A stretch of 64,000 nt of DNA from Prochlorococcus sp. AG-363-B05 (GCA_003278445.1 QCFD01000003.1:1228-65227); one strand, 5' to 3'; counted from the stretch's first letter, positions 1 to 10,402 are shown. Notes: a model not told the origin generated them from the letters alone. Program-made: numbers and translations.

Positions 1-23
1 CAACGTCAACAATTATTTTTCAA

Positions 24-275
24 TCAGGAAACTACAGCCAATGAATATCCATCATCAAATAATCTTTGATATGTGAATCTTGCTTCATATTCTCTAATTG
101 CTTTTTTTTTGCCACCATTTCTTTGTATGTATACATAATTATTGTCTATATGACTTCTAGTAAATGTATAAACTATGTCAGCTTTAGCTAGGATCCATTG
201 AATAGGTTTGTATTTATTTTGTTCATTATTTAAATCCCAAGGAATATTTTCTGGATATTTCTCTTGTATTGTCAT
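24..275 (-). CDS. hypothetical protein, possibly distant DUF1651-like
   Basis: 83 aa ORF; the pattern W-x-L...F...V-x-I...K...EAR-x2-Y-x2-L-x3-GY resembles picocyanobacterial DUF1651 proteins (by eye only). Confidence 0.5.
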   Translation of the reverse strand: MTIQEKYPENIPWDLNNEQNKYKPIQWILAKADIVYTFTRSHIDNNYVYIQRNGGKKKAIREYEARFTYQRLFDDGYSLAVVS

Positions 276-667
276 ACTTTTCCTAATGCCTACATAAAGT
301 ATTCTATGGATTCATTGTAGACATGAGAATAAATACTGGATTTTAACTAATTTCTAATTAGCAATTTTCACCTTTAATTTCTTCGCTCAATATGATAAGG
401 CAATATTGTACATCCAATCATAATAAATTCTTAGCCATTCCTCGTTTAAATGAATGTTTGACATGATCTGATTTGATTTTGCTTATTGTTTAAATGTGTT
501 CAGAATGGATTTAAATAATCCTGTAATGAAAACCTATAATTTTTAATTTCTAAACTTATCTCATTTCCTTTCTTGAGATAAGTTACTGCTTTATTCATTT
601 TTTGATTTCTTAAGAAAAGGAGTTGAAGGAGCAACTTCACTCAACATGTTCCTATTGATATAGATAT

Positions 668-1270
668 ATGAAACTATTAGGACTAGAAAAGAATTGCTTT
701 TTGAACTGGTGGGAAACATTACCAGGGGGAACAACTATTGTTGTGCAACCAAAAATTGACGGATGCGCTGTAGGGCTTAGATATAAATATGGTCAATTAG
801 TAGATGCATATTCTCGTGAGAATCCTGAAATCACCGAGATTATTAGATCTGTTAATAGTATTCCTCTAAGCATTGATGATTCTTTAAAAGTTGAAGTTGA
901 GTTAGAGGGGATTTTATATTCTCCAATCTTTAGTACTAAGTCCTCAAAAGAGCAATTTGTCTCGAACACAAAGAGTTTGCTTTCTAAAAATAATTCCCTT
1001 TCCTTTGTGGCTTTTCAAATATTTTCCTCAAAAAGTGATGAGTTAACAGATTTGACTCAACTTCAAAAATGGGGATTTGAGATTCCAATTACCTTAAGGA
1101 CAGATGACCCTAGGCAAGTCAAGATATGGCATTCTCAATGGATAAATAATGAATTGTTTTCAAATCTTCCTACAAATGGAATTGTTGCTAAATGTAATTC
1201 ATCTTCTACAAAGAATTCTTTGGGAGTCAGCGAATTATCGCCTAATTGGGCAAGGGCTCTTACGAGATGA
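668..1270 (+). CDS. stand-alone NAD-dependent DNA ligase adenylation-domain protein (truncated LigA-like)
   Basis: QPKIDG motif I; NGIVAK and SPNWARA match the LigA DGVVIK and PRWAIA motifs; 200 aa, with no OB, HhH or BRCT domains. Confidence 0.85.
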   Translation: MKLLGLEKNCFLNWWETLPGGTTIVVQPKIDGCAVGLRYKYGQLVDAYSRENPEITEIIRSVNSIPLSIDDSLKVEVELEGILYSPIFSTKSSKEQFVSNTKSLLSKNNSLSFVAFQIFSSKSDELTDLTQLQKWGFEIPITLRTDDPRQVKIWHSQWINNELFSNLPTNGIVAKCNSSSTKNSLGVSELSPNWARALTR

Positions 1271-1401
1271 CTGCATTATTTATTTTTTTAATCTAATTTA
1301 TCTATAAAAACTCACAAATGAGTTGTTCTTCATTTATAGATTCGTGCATTGCCAAATAGTCCCAATGAAAATATTGTTTATAAAGTAAAACCCATTTTTA
1401 G

Positions 1402-1578
1402 ATGACTTTTACAGACAAGCAAATGCTTGAAGCAATAGAAAAAAATTCTGATGTCAATGAATGCTTCTGTAAAATAAAATCCGCATGCAAGAAACTTAAG
1501 ATCAAAACTGGTTGTCCTGCTGATGATGTGGATCGGTTGCTTGAATTTACACTTGGAAGGTGGTATTCATTAGATTGA
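1402..1578 (+). CDS. 58 aa microprotein, C-x8-C helical family member (not in ORF track)
   Basis: Hand translation MTFTDKQMLEAIEKNSDVNECFCKIKSACKKLKIKTGCPADDVDRLLEFTLGRWYSLD; aligns with ORFs at 12355, 18505 and 59247. Confidence 0.75.
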   Translation: MTFTDKQMLEAIEKNSDVNECFCKIKSACKKLKIKTGCPADDVDRLLEFTLGRWYSLD

Positions 1579-1728
1579 TTATTTAAATTATATATTTAAA
1601 TCAATTTAAACCCTTTTAAACTGATTTAATTTGTAGGTAGTAATCATTAAGAATTAGGTTAATTACAAAAGTGTTTATTGTCTTGTTCAAATTAAAAATA
1701 TCCCCCTCGTCTGTTTTAAAATTTTAAT

Positions 1729-1998
1729 TTGTTAGTTGCCTTGTGTATAAAAATGATAGATTTTACTCCTAAAGTTCTCTTAGGAATATTAGCGATTTGT
1801 TTTACTTCAGTTACTATTCAGTTAATTCCTTTGTCCAAGCAAGCCTCTAGCTGGAATCGGTGTTTAAAAAAAACATCTGCGTCGTTGAGTCAAGTCAAAG
1901 CTTTTCAGCAAGTTGATGATCAAAGTAAGGAAGTCTTATCTGTGATGATATGTAATGGCGCTGTTTTTGAACCTAAATTGAAGACGAATATACAATAA
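1729..1998 (+). CDS. small membrane-anchored or exported protein, NxC...CNG family (likely start 1753)
   Basis: N-terminal hydrophobic segment, then LIPLSKQASSWNRCLKKT...VMICNG; paralog at 17132-17383. Confidence 0.75.
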   Translation: MLVALCIKMIDFTPKVLLGILAICFTSVTIQLIPLSKQASSWNRCLKKTSASLSQVKAFQQVDDQSKEVLSVMICNGAVFEPKLKTNIQ

Positions 1999-2129
1999 AG
2001 CTGTATCTTTTAAATAGAGAAGTAGCATTCTCAAGGATTTTTAATGGAGTATGTTCTTCTAATATCAGACTGTATTGAGCTAAATACTAAATCTCTAGAA
2101 ATGGTTAAAAGTTATTATTTCTTTGGTTA

Positions 2130-2222
2130 CTAGGAATTTATTTGAGACCCAAATAATCCAGATAATGCTGAAATGATGTAGATCAATACGATACATATCG
2201 CAAGAATTTTTGAGAGATTCAA
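2130..2222 (-). CDS. possible 30 aa hydrophobic peptide
   Basis: TTG start, MNLSKILAICIVLIYIISALSGLFGSQINS; a single TM-like segment. Confidence 0.3.
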   Translation of the reverse strand: MNLSKILAICIVLIYIISALSGLFGSQINS

Positions 2223-2637
2223 TTTTTGTTATAAAAAGTAGTTTGGTTTTGAATCATTCCTTTACCAATATTCAAAAATTAAGCTTTATCAACTGAACGA
2301 ATTGATCTTAGAAAATACTGAACTAGATGATAGCTGTCTTTAAAAAGTTACAGATCACGCCTTATTTTATAAATTTATCTTGGTATTGCTGGCGATTGAG
2401 CTTTTTCAAAAATAGAAATGATTTGTAGAATCATTCACCTTACTGCAGCCCAAAAAGGATTTTTCCTATAAATCAATGCTATGAACTCTAACTAATTTTC
2501 GATTAAACCTTGAATAACTGAGTTTAATCTAGTTACTTCTGTTCCCATATTTTTTGGCTTTAATGTTTTGGACTAATATAAATATTGTAAGTTTGTTAAT
2601 TATAAGTTAGTATTATAAGTACAACCATTTATTTATT

Positions 2638-2994
2638 ATGCTCACTGGTAAGGATTTATTAGCCAAGGTCAAAGACTTGGGAGATGTCTCAAAATCTGAT
2701 CTTGTAAAAGCTTGTGGATATGTATCCACTAAGAAAGGAGGCGGAGAGCGTCTTAACTATACAGCTTTTTATGAAGCACTTCTTGAGGCTAAAGGTGTAA
2801 ACCTAGCGGCTGAAAGTGCTGGAGGTATTGGTAAAGGTGGAAGAAAGCTTAGTTATGTTGCCACCGTTCAAGGAAATGGAAACCTATTGATAGGAAAGGC
2901 CTATACAGCTCTTTTAGATCTCAAACCTGGTGATAATTTTGAGATTAAGATGGGACGTAAGGGTTTCCGTTTAGTTCCTGAAGGAGATGGTTAA
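2638..2994 (+). CDS. cyanobacterial AbrB-like (cyAbrB) transcriptional regulator
   Basis: MLTGKDLLAKVKDL...CGY...FYEALLEAKG...GRKLSY...VQGNGNLLIGKAYT signature. Confidence 0.93.
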   Translation: MLTGKDLLAKVKDLGDVSKSDLVKACGYVSTKKGGGERLNYTAFYEALLEAKGVNLAAESAGGIGKGGRKLSYVATVQGNGNLLIGKAYTALLDLKPGDNFEIKMGRKGFRLVPEGDG

Positions 2995-3027
2995 TTCTCA
3001 CAATACTGTTCTTAAACATTTAGATTT

Positions 3028-3059
3028 AACCGAGGAGCAAATAAGCTTCTCGGTTTTTT
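3028..3059 (+). terminator. rho-independent terminator of the cyAbrB gene
   Basis: Stem AACCGAGGAGC / GCTTCTCGGTT followed by a T run. Confidence 0.85.
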
Positions 3060-3821
3060 ATTTGCTTATATAATCCATGATGAATAACTTTGATTTAGCA
3101 TCTATAGTTTATTTACCTATAACATTTATTTTCACCTTTTGATTTCTTATATTGATTTTTCCTATTTTCTTTTTTTTTCTTTTTTAGACAGCTTTTTTAA
3201 TTTTTCGAGATTTTTGCTACCCGTCGTTCCGAAAATTTATTATATAAATTTCTTACTTTGTTGATTTATCTTGTTTCCCGATGATCATAGTGATGAATTT
3301 TCTGATTATAAGTTTATTTTCAAGCCTAACTTTGCTTAATACATTAAATAAGAGACTTGCTTTTCCCGATCGCTTTCATTTGAGATGATTCCTTATCAAC
3401 CTACTTTTTTTTAGTCAAATAACTCATACGTGGGTTACGTGTTTTAAATTTTCTCTTTTTCCTTTGAATTTTCCATTCACATTTCAATAGCATATTTTTT
3501 TATTTTCTTTAGAGCTTTATAAATTCAAGATACTTGTTTGATCCCCTTTACTAAGAATTTGTTACTAATACCTCGGTACTAATGGTCTTTGTATCTAGAC
3601 ATATTTTTATTGAGCTTATTATTCCATAATTTTTTTTTTAGTTGCGATGCTTACTTTTCTAGTTGATTGGAGTTGCATGCTAATTTCAGATATTGAGCGA
3701 AAGAGGGTATATAGCCTTAGGCAATTAAAAGAAAAGTATTTCAATAACCTAATTTTTAGATATTTTTTTGTAAACCTTACTTATTTAGTAGCTTCTTCAT
3801 GATTATTAAAATAAATACACA

Positions 3822-3926
3822 TCATTTGATTTTTTTTATTTTAGTTTGGATACCAAAATATATTGAAAATCCAATCAAAAGAATAACTAGTAATGAACTG
3901 CTATTCCCAATGATTTCTATAAGCAT
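3822..3926 (-). CDS. 34 aa single-TM microprotein (not in ORF track)
   Basis: MLIEIIGNSSSLLVILLIGFSIYFGIQTKIKKIK; TM segment followed by a basic tail. Confidence 0.5.
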   Translation of the reverse strand: MLIEIIGNSSSLLVILLIGFSIYFGIQTKIKKIK

Positions 3927-4283
3927 ATTTAGTTTAGATGTCTAAAATCTTATTTTACATATCTATACTCTTCATATGTATTGGATGTATAGACTCATCA
4001 ACTGCTGTTACAAATGTGATATGAAAAGAGAGTTCTTTTAAAAATATTTGACTGATGCTTTTGAGGTTAATGTATAAAACTCAGTAATAATTTATTTCTC
4101 ACATAAGATGAATCAGAAAGATTTCATTTTCTCAAAACTATTACAATTTCAGATTTTTCTTATTTGCTGTTGTTTGAAAATGACATAGATACTGAATAAT
4201 CTCTTGCTAATACAACTAGCTATTTATTTAGTGTATTAAATACTTAGCTAAATTTAAATTAAGAATTCACTTCAATGATAAAT

Positions 4284-4685
4284 TTAATAAAATTGACTAT
4301 TTTCGCTAACTGGTTGCCATACCTTTCCTTTTATAGTCAATGATAACCGTCTACCCCATAAAAGAAATGGGAATAATAAACTAGTCCTTTCTTTAGAGGT
4401 AAAAATAATCCGAAGTATTTCTAATAGTGAGTCGCTTGGTTCTTTAATCTCATTGCATATCCAATTAATTGCATCAGCACCATGCTTGATATTTCCATTA
4501 TTAATCAGAATTGCACCTTTGTTAAGATCATATCCTTTTCTATACAGTTGCGATAATAGAGTTAAATTTTTTCTACCATCTACTATTTCGATCGTTGGAA
4601 GACTGTTTGTCAATTCAAGTAATTGTGCAAAGTGATTGCAAAAAGGACATTCACCATCATATATAAATAAAGTTTTACCTGACAT
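4284..4685 (-). CDS. DCC1-like (DUF393) thiol-disulfide oxidoreductase family protein
   Basis: N-terminal YDGECPFC (DxxCxxC) motif and downstream GADA motif. Confidence 0.88.
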   Translation of the reverse strand: MSGKTLFIYDGECPFCNHFAQLLELTNSLPTIEIVDGRKNLTLLSQLYRKGYDLNKGAILINNGNIKHGADAINWICNEIKEPSDSLLEILRIIFTSKERTSLLFPFLLWGRRLSLTIKGKVWQPVSENSQFY

Positions 4686-5022
4686 GACAATTCACTAATA
4701 ATTTAATCTTACATAATCTTTGCATGAAAGTGAGTCAAATGAAGGTGAAGTTAAAAATAATATTTAAGAAAAAATGTTATTTTATTTTTATTAATTAAAA
4801 TTCATTTAAATCATGTTCAAATTAAAGAATATTGATATTTACTACTAATTTCAAAATAATTATATTACATTCTTATAATAAAGTCATTTAAAGGGAAAAA
4901 GAGATAAAATTAACTAATAAATAAATTTGAGGTTATGGTATAAATAAACATATAACTATATTTATTTATACCATAATCATACTTTATCTATAGTAAATTC
5001 ATATCGATATTAAGAATTATTG

Positions 5023-5196
5023 TTAGTTTGTACTCTTGAAAACGCTGCTCTTTACATTGTCTTCTTGAATTTGTGGTCGTAATAACGACATTGGAAGTGC
5101 TGTTACAATTGCGAATGACAGAACAAGAATCAAATCTGTTGTGAAGTGGCTGATACCCAGCTCTGAGTGAGCAAGAGCGAAGTTTAGTAATGACAT
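5023..5196 (-). CDS. 57 aa single-TM microprotein (not in ORF track)
   Basis: MSLLNFALAHSELGISHFTTDLILVLSFAIVTALPMSLLRPQIQEDNVKSSVFKSTN; GC-richer than its flanks. Confidence 0.65.
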   Translation of the reverse strand: MSLLNFALAHSELGISHFTTDLILVLSFAIVTALPMSLLRPQIQEDNVKSSVFKSTN

Positions 5197-5783
5197 TTTG
5201 ATTTATTCAATACTTCTTAAGTTTATTTTATATTGTTTAAATTTATATTGTATGTAGTAAAAATTATTGCTCAAATACAATAAGTTTTTTCTAGTATTTG
5301 AAAAATATAGGATTATTCATTCATATTGTACTTTTAAAACAGGCTTTATAAAAATACTCATTCATATTGAGAATTATTTATTATTTGTTTAGTTAATATT
5401 CTTAGATCGAAGTTTCCATTTTAGAAATAATGTTAATAGCTATTGCCTTTGTGCTTTATTCAAGTGCTTTTATAACCCTTTTTGGCATGTAATACTTGGG
5501 ATGCTCATTTGTTTTTTTATAATTTGTGGGATTCTTATCATCAAATTCAGCTTTGGGACGAGGAAGATTTTTCTAGAAAACAAATGGCTAAAATGTAAAG
5601 ACTCTGCTATTAGGGCCAATAAAGGGAATTTGTCAAACATATACCAAACATCAAAAAAATAATATTATAAAAGTTGATTTCTCTAAATAGCTTTTGTTTA
5701 TATGAAATTTTATTTAAAAATGATTATTGGAATTAACATATTTCTTGCTTGTAGATGGTAAAACAGATAAAAAGGAAAAATAG

Positions 5784-7100
5784 TTGATCGGTCTCTTTAA
5801 TTTAGATATGAATAAAATCAAATGTCCTGATTGTGGTAGTACGATCAGTATAGATGAAGATAATTACTCAAATATCATTAAGCAGGTTAGAGATCAAGAG
5901 TTTGAGGATGAAATGAGCAAGAGAATTGAACTACTTGAAAAAGACAAACAGAACTCAGTCGATCTTGCTATTCAAAATATTAAACTCAAAATGCAAGAAG
6001 AGTCATTTGCTAATGAAAAAAAATTGCAGTTTTTACAGTCACAGTTAATTGCGGCTGAATCTGATAAAAGTATTGCTTTGAACAAGATTAAACATGCCTT
6101 TGAAAAAGAGAGAGACTCACTTTCATATTTATTGGAGAAAACGAAGGAAAAGAACGAATATGAAAAAAAACTAGCAGTTTCTAATGCAATTACTGAATTA
6201 AAAGAAGGGTATGCAAATATCAAAAATAATTTAGATAAGGTAGAACTACAAAAGGAATTATCTGAAAAATCTATAAAAATGAAATATGAGATTCAGTTAA
6301 AAGAAAGAGATGATGTGATTGAAAGACTTCGTGATATGAAAATAAAATTGTCCACAAAAATGGTTGGTGAATCTCTTGAGCAACATTGCGAGAATGAATT
6401 TAATCGGTTAAGAGCTACAGCTTTTCCTAACGCTTTTTTTGACAAAGATAACGACACTAGCTTTGGTAGTAAAGGTGATTATATTTTTCGTGACAATGAT
6501 AATGAAGGTAATGAAATAGTATCTATTATGTTTGAAATGAAAAATGAATGTGATTACACTTCAACCAAGAAAAAGAATGAGGACTTTCTTAAAGAATTAA
6601 ACAAAGATCGCATAGAAAAAAATTGTGAATATGCTGTATTAGTTTCTTTATTAGAATCTGATAATGACTTATTTAATTCAGGAATTGTAGATTTTTCATA
6701 TCGATATCCAAAAATGTATGTTGTAAGGCCTCAATGCTTTTTGCCGATTATTTCATTACTAAGAAATACTTCACTTAAGGCTCTTGAATATAAATCAGAA
6801 CTTGCAGCTATTAAAGAACAGAATATTGATATCACTAATTTTGAAAATAGCCTTGAAGTATTTAAAGATTCTTTTGGTAAGAATTATTCACTAGCATCAA
6901 AACGTTTTGAAACGGCAATTCAAGAGATTGATAAATCTATTAATCATTTACAAAAAACTAAAGACGCTTTACTAGGTGCTGATAGAAATCTAAGATTAGC
7001 TAACGATAAAGCTCAAGAGGTCTCAGTTAAAAGATTGACTAGAAATAATCCTACAATGAGAGATAAATTTAACTTAATCCAAAAGAATGAAGCGGCTTAA
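5784..7100 (+). CDS. DUF2130 domain coiled-coil protein (likely start 5808)
   Basis: CPDCG N-terminus, long coiled coil, [14 protein letters not shown]...KGDYIFR...SIMFEMKNE...CEYAVLVS signature. Confidence 0.88.
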   Translation: MIGLFNLDMNKIKCPDCGSTISIDEDNYSNIIKQVRDQEFEDEMSKRIELLEKDKQNSVDLAIQNIKLKMQEESFANEKKLQFLQSQLIAAESDKSIALNKIKHAFEKERDSLSYLLEKTKEKNEYEKKLAVSNAITELKEGYANIKNNLDKVELQKELSEKSIKMKYEIQLKERDDVIERLRDMKIKLSTKMVGESLEQHCENEFNRLRATAFPNAFFDKDNDTSFGSKGDYIFRDNDNEGNEIVSIMFEMKNECDYTSTKKKNEDFLKELNKDRIEKNCEYAVLVSLLESDNDLFNSGIVDFSYRYPKMYVVRPQCFLPIISLLRNTSLKALEYKSELAAIKEQNIDITNFENSLEVFKDSFGKNYSLASKRFETAIQEIDKSINHLQKTKDALLGADRNLRLANDKAQEVSVKRLTRNNPTMRDKFNLIQKNEAA

Positions 7101-7525
7101 TAAGTAAATTAAATCATTAATTGTATAATTTTTAATTGATATGATTGGTTCACTTTATTTAACAAAAATAGATACTTATATAAGGTTGGAAAAACAGAAA
7201 CATTAGCTAATAGTATGCAAAACTAATGCAATATAATATTGTTTCTAAATTATGTGAATTTAGTACAATAGTTACATGATCGGTATAAATTTTTTAGTAT
7301 ACCACAAACAGAGTATTTTATATTAGAAATTATAATCTTAAACAGAGCAAGTAAAAATTTCTAAAATATATTATTCTATTATTATAACTTTAGTAATTAT
7401 AATTATATCATTATTTCAAGAGAATTATTTTTTATTCTTTTATTATTATTAATTTCTTTAAATATTAATGAAAAAATATTTTTATATTTAAGTCCTTATA
7501 TGGATTGGAGTTATTTAACTGGGTT

Positions 7526-7879
7526 TTACCACATATCTTTGCTTGTTTTTTCCTCTTGTTGTTGCTTTAGTAAACCAAGTCTTCTATCGAATTCTATTTC
7601 TTCAGGACTTTTTTGTTCTTCCTTTTTGTTTTTATTGCATTTTTCTTTGACTTCGAGAATCTTATTACTTAAATCTTCTGAAAAATGTTCTTTGATTTCC
7701 TCCCATGCTTCTTTCTCTTCTGCATTGCCAAAAGTTCCTTTGATTTGATCATTGATGATTTCTTTCACAAATGTTCTTAGTTCGCTTTCTGTCATAGAGT
7801 TAACTCGACTTGTTATATAAATATCTTTAAGCGAGTCCAATTCCGTTTCGCTTAGATCCTTGTAAGTAAGTTCTTCCAT
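7526..7879 (-). CDS. conserved hypothetical protein
   Basis: 117 aa charged helical ORF with ATG start and coding-like composition. Confidence 0.8.
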   Translation of the reverse strand: MEELTYKDLSETELDSLKDIYITSRVNSMTESELRTFVKEIINDQIKGTFGNAEEKEAWEEIKEHFSEDLSNKILEVKEKCNKNKKEEQKSPEEIEFDRRLGLLKQQQEEKTSKDMW

Positions 7880-7895
7880 TTTGATTAAATTATTT

Positions 7896-8039
7896 TTAGA
7901 TAAATATAGATTGTAATAAGCTTGAATCGGATTTATATGAATGTAAATTCCTTAATGATTCCTTCTTTCTCTTTGCAATAAATGTTTCTTCGTAGCGATT
8001 ACCAAGATCGTTAATCATGGAAACTTTAAATCTCATCAT
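7896..8039 (-). CDS. 47 aa hypothetical protein (not in ORF track)
   Basis: MMRFKVSMINDLGNRYEETFIAKRKKESLRNLHSYKSDSSLLQSIFI; ends 16 bp upstream of the co-oriented 7879 ORF. Confidence 0.6.
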   Translation of the reverse strand: MMRFKVSMINDLGNRYEETFIAKRKKESLRNLHSYKSDSSLLQSIFI

Positions 8040-8125
8040 GGATATATATCTATTTTATTTTATGCCAATTATCTTTAAAAACAATTTATTGGTATACAAT
8101 GTTGAAAGCTTAACCTTCAATCTAT

Positions 8126-8377
8126 TTATTTATGAGGCTGATTTATAAGTGATTTTAATATGGCTTCTATCAATATTGCTGTAAAGAATAGACTTAATGA
8201 TGGAATAAATAGTGGATACCAGAGCTTTTGAAATAAATTATATAAAAACAAATTGCCATTAATACTCAATATAAAACTAATGGCCAGAAATATAGATCCT
8301 ATTATTAATATATAAAGATTATATATCAAAACATTATCGATAGTTTGTTTCCATTTTGTTTCATTTGTATTTTCCAT
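8126..8377 (-). CDS. small two-TM membrane protein
   Basis: Two hydrophobic segments flanking FQKLWYPLFIP. Confidence 0.75.
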   Translation of the reverse strand: MENTNETKWKQTIDNVLIYNLYILIIGSIFLAISFILSINGNLFLYNLFQKLWYPLFIPSLSLFFTAILIEAILKSLINQPHK

Positions 8378-8423
8378 TTGAATTATGAGAAATTTTATTA
8401 TTGAGAATAATTTTTTTCAATGA

Positions 8424-8552
8424 TTAGGAAGTGCCTCTAAAGGCATAAAGATCTACTCCGATTGATTTAAGATAGTATGCTCCTCCTATCGCAACTATAT
8501 TAAGGCAAAAAACAAAAATCCATACTTTCAATGTTTTGTTTGATGAATCCAT
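8424..8552 (-). CDS. 42 aa single-TM microprotein (not in ORF track)
   Basis: MDSSNKTLKVWIFVFCLNIVAIGGAYYLKSIGVDLYAFRGTS; fills a gap in a run of minus-strand genes. Confidence 0.65.
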   Translation of the reverse strand: MDSSNKTLKVWIFVFCLNIVAIGGAYYLKSIGVDLYAFRGTS

Positions 8553-8629
8553 CTCTATTAAACTTAATTATTTAAACATCTCATTATGAGATCTAAATAT
8601 ATTTTAGCTTTAAGTACATGATAAAAGTA

Positions 8630-8881
8630 TCAACTCAGAGCATCAAGATCTCTTCTGTAATGTTTTGAAAATCTTATATCATGATCATTTGACTGCCAAT
8701 CGGTATCTTCTAGTAAGTCGGAATAATTATTACTGTTAGAAGGAAATTTCTTTTCTAATTTCCAACCCGCTTCACTTAAGAAATCTACGTAATCCTTAGA
8801 AAATATGCTTTCATTAATTTTGGAAGGCTCAAGTGATGATAATTTCTCGGCTATTAACTCATTTTTAGTTTTTAATTTCAT
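8630..8881 (-). CDS. hypothetical protein
   Basis: 83 aa ORF, ATG start, coding-like composition. Confidence 0.7.
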   Translation of the reverse strand: MKLKTKNELIAEKLSSLEPSKINESIFSKDYVDFLSEAGWKLEKKFPSNSNNYSDLLEDTDWQSNDHDIRFSKHYRRDLDALS

Positions 8882-8980
8882 CTATTTAAATCGAGTGTAG
8901 ATGTTCTAATAAAAATTTTTTGATTTTGTTATCTGTTTCTTGTAGTGTTAACCCTAGCTTGTGAATTGCTAATATACCAA

Positions 8981-10021
8981 TTAAGTAGATTTTTCTAAAA
9001 CGTCGTTCAATTGAACTTTAATTCTCTTTAATTGTGCTTGACTTCCTAGAAATATCAAAATCATACCTGGAGATATAGAAACCTTATCTATAGGATTACC
9101 CTTTAATTGTCCTGAAACTTTAGTGGCTAAAAGTAATGCTTCTCCTTGTTTTGAGAAGTCGAAATAATTTTTATTATGACTTTGATATATTTCGATTTTT
9201 TCAATATTTTCTGTTAGCTTAAATTCTTCTATTTCGCAGTCTGAGCCAGCGAGTAAATCCATAAAATCAACCGCTATGGGCCTTAATGCAGAAGCGGCCA
9301 TAGTTCTTCCTGCAGCAACATAGGGACTTACTACTGCACTAGCACCTGCTAGTTTCAATTTATTAGCAGCTTCCTCGTTTGCGGCTCTAGCAATTAATCT
9401 GCAATTATCATTTAATGCTTTTGCACTGAGCACAACATATAAATTTGCTGCATCACTTGGAAGGGTAACAACTAAGCTTCTACAATTTTTTACCCCTGCT
9501 AGTAAAAGTGTTTCGTCCATAGTGGCATCTCCTAATAGGACTTTATAGCCTTTTTCTTCTGCTTCGTTCTTTCTTGTTGGGTCGATTTCTATTATTAATG
9601 TTGATATTTTCTCCGATTCCAATTGCTCAGCGATTTCTTTTCCTGTACGACCATATCCGCATATAATTACGTGTTTTTTCATTCTTCTAATTAATCTCCT
9701 TAATCTTAGCTCCTCTAATTTTAAAAAATAGCCGAGTTCAGATAATTGTATAAACCTTTGCAGTGTTAATTGAATTACAAATAATCCACCACCTATGATT
9801 AAAAAAGTTATTATTCTCCCTGCAGAACTTAAAACTTCAACCTCAGCAAAACCTATTGTTGTAACAGTTATTAGAACCATCCATAAACAATCACCCCAAT
9901 CCCAACCCTCAGTAATACGATATCCTAATGCCCCGAATAAAAATAAAAATATGAGTAATGATATTGGTGATGCCCAAACTTTTAAGTAGCTTTTAAATTT
10001 ATTTGTTTTAATCAGATTCAA
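8981..10021 (-). CDS. 2-TM potassium channel with TrkA-N (RCK) NAD-binding domain
   Basis: TM-pore-TM with TVTTIGFAE filter; IICGYGRTG Rossmann motif; GDAT, IARA and VVSPY motifs. Confidence 0.92.
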   Translation of the reverse strand: MNLIKTNKFKSYLKVWASPISLLIFLFLFGALGYRITEGWDWGDCLWMVLITVTTIGFAEVEVLSSAGRIITFLIIGGGLFVIQLTLQRFIQLSELGYFLKLEELRLRRLIRRMKKHVIICGYGRTGKEIAEQLESEKISTLIIEIDPTRKNEAEEKGYKVLLGDATMDETLLLAGVKNCRSLVVTLPSDAANLYVVLSAKALNDNCRLIARAANEEAANKLKLAGASAVVSPYVAAGRTMAASALRPIAVDFMDLLAGSDCEIEEFKLTENIEKIEIYQSHNKNYFDFSKQGEALLLATKVSGQLKGNPIDKVSISPGMILIFLGSQAQLKRIKVQLNDVLEKST

Positions 10022-10165
10022 TTTTCCACTTCAGTATTAATCTTAATAGTATAGTGATGATAGAATTAAATATTAATCCGTTTTTATTTCTATTCGTATA
10101 AATCTATTTTTTAAATAATCATCCGATTTCATTCATTACTCATAGTATGATTAAATTTAAATTAA

Positions 10166-10402
10166 ATGTATCTATCAAATATGGACGATCTTTCATCTGA
10201 AGACAAAAAAGAATTATGTAAGGAGGCTTTCCAGGATATTTCAGCAATTCTTGCTGATTTACGTGATCAAGGTTTATCTGATATGGAAATTTTTGAGTTT
10301 GGCAAGTCACTCATAGATCATTTTGATCCAATTAAAATGGAAACTTTAAAAAAAGATTCGGATTATCAAGACGCATTATTTAGAGAGGCTAATGATTTGT
10401 AG
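10166..10402 (+). CDS. hypothetical protein, Cys-less relative of the C-x8-C microprotein family
   Basis: EAFQDISAILADLRDQGLSDMEIFEFGKSLIDHF aligns with DAFVNIKEACMRLQERTKCGNDDVIKMLNEVSHF of ORF 12355. Confidence 0.7.
   Translation: MYLSNMDDLSSEDKKELCKEAFQDISAILADLRDQGLSDMEIFEFGKSLIDHFDPIKMETLKKDSDYQDALFREANDL

Noticed and set aside
5317-5369. Direct repeat TCATTCATATTG x2, 41 bp apart
   Set aside because: Only two short AT-rich copies; not a CRISPR or iteron array and plausible by chance.
5430-5600. PsbI-like text (FVGFLSSNS) in a stop-interrupted hydrophobic frame
   Set aside because: The match is too short and lacks the DPxRNP motif; at most an unidentifiable remnant.
7262-7277. NtcA- or HLR1-like sites (GTACAATAGTTAC here; similar near 5250, 11940 and 20805)
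   Set aside because: Spacing does not match GTA-N8-TAC or the 10 bp HLR1 period, and such matches are common at this AT content.
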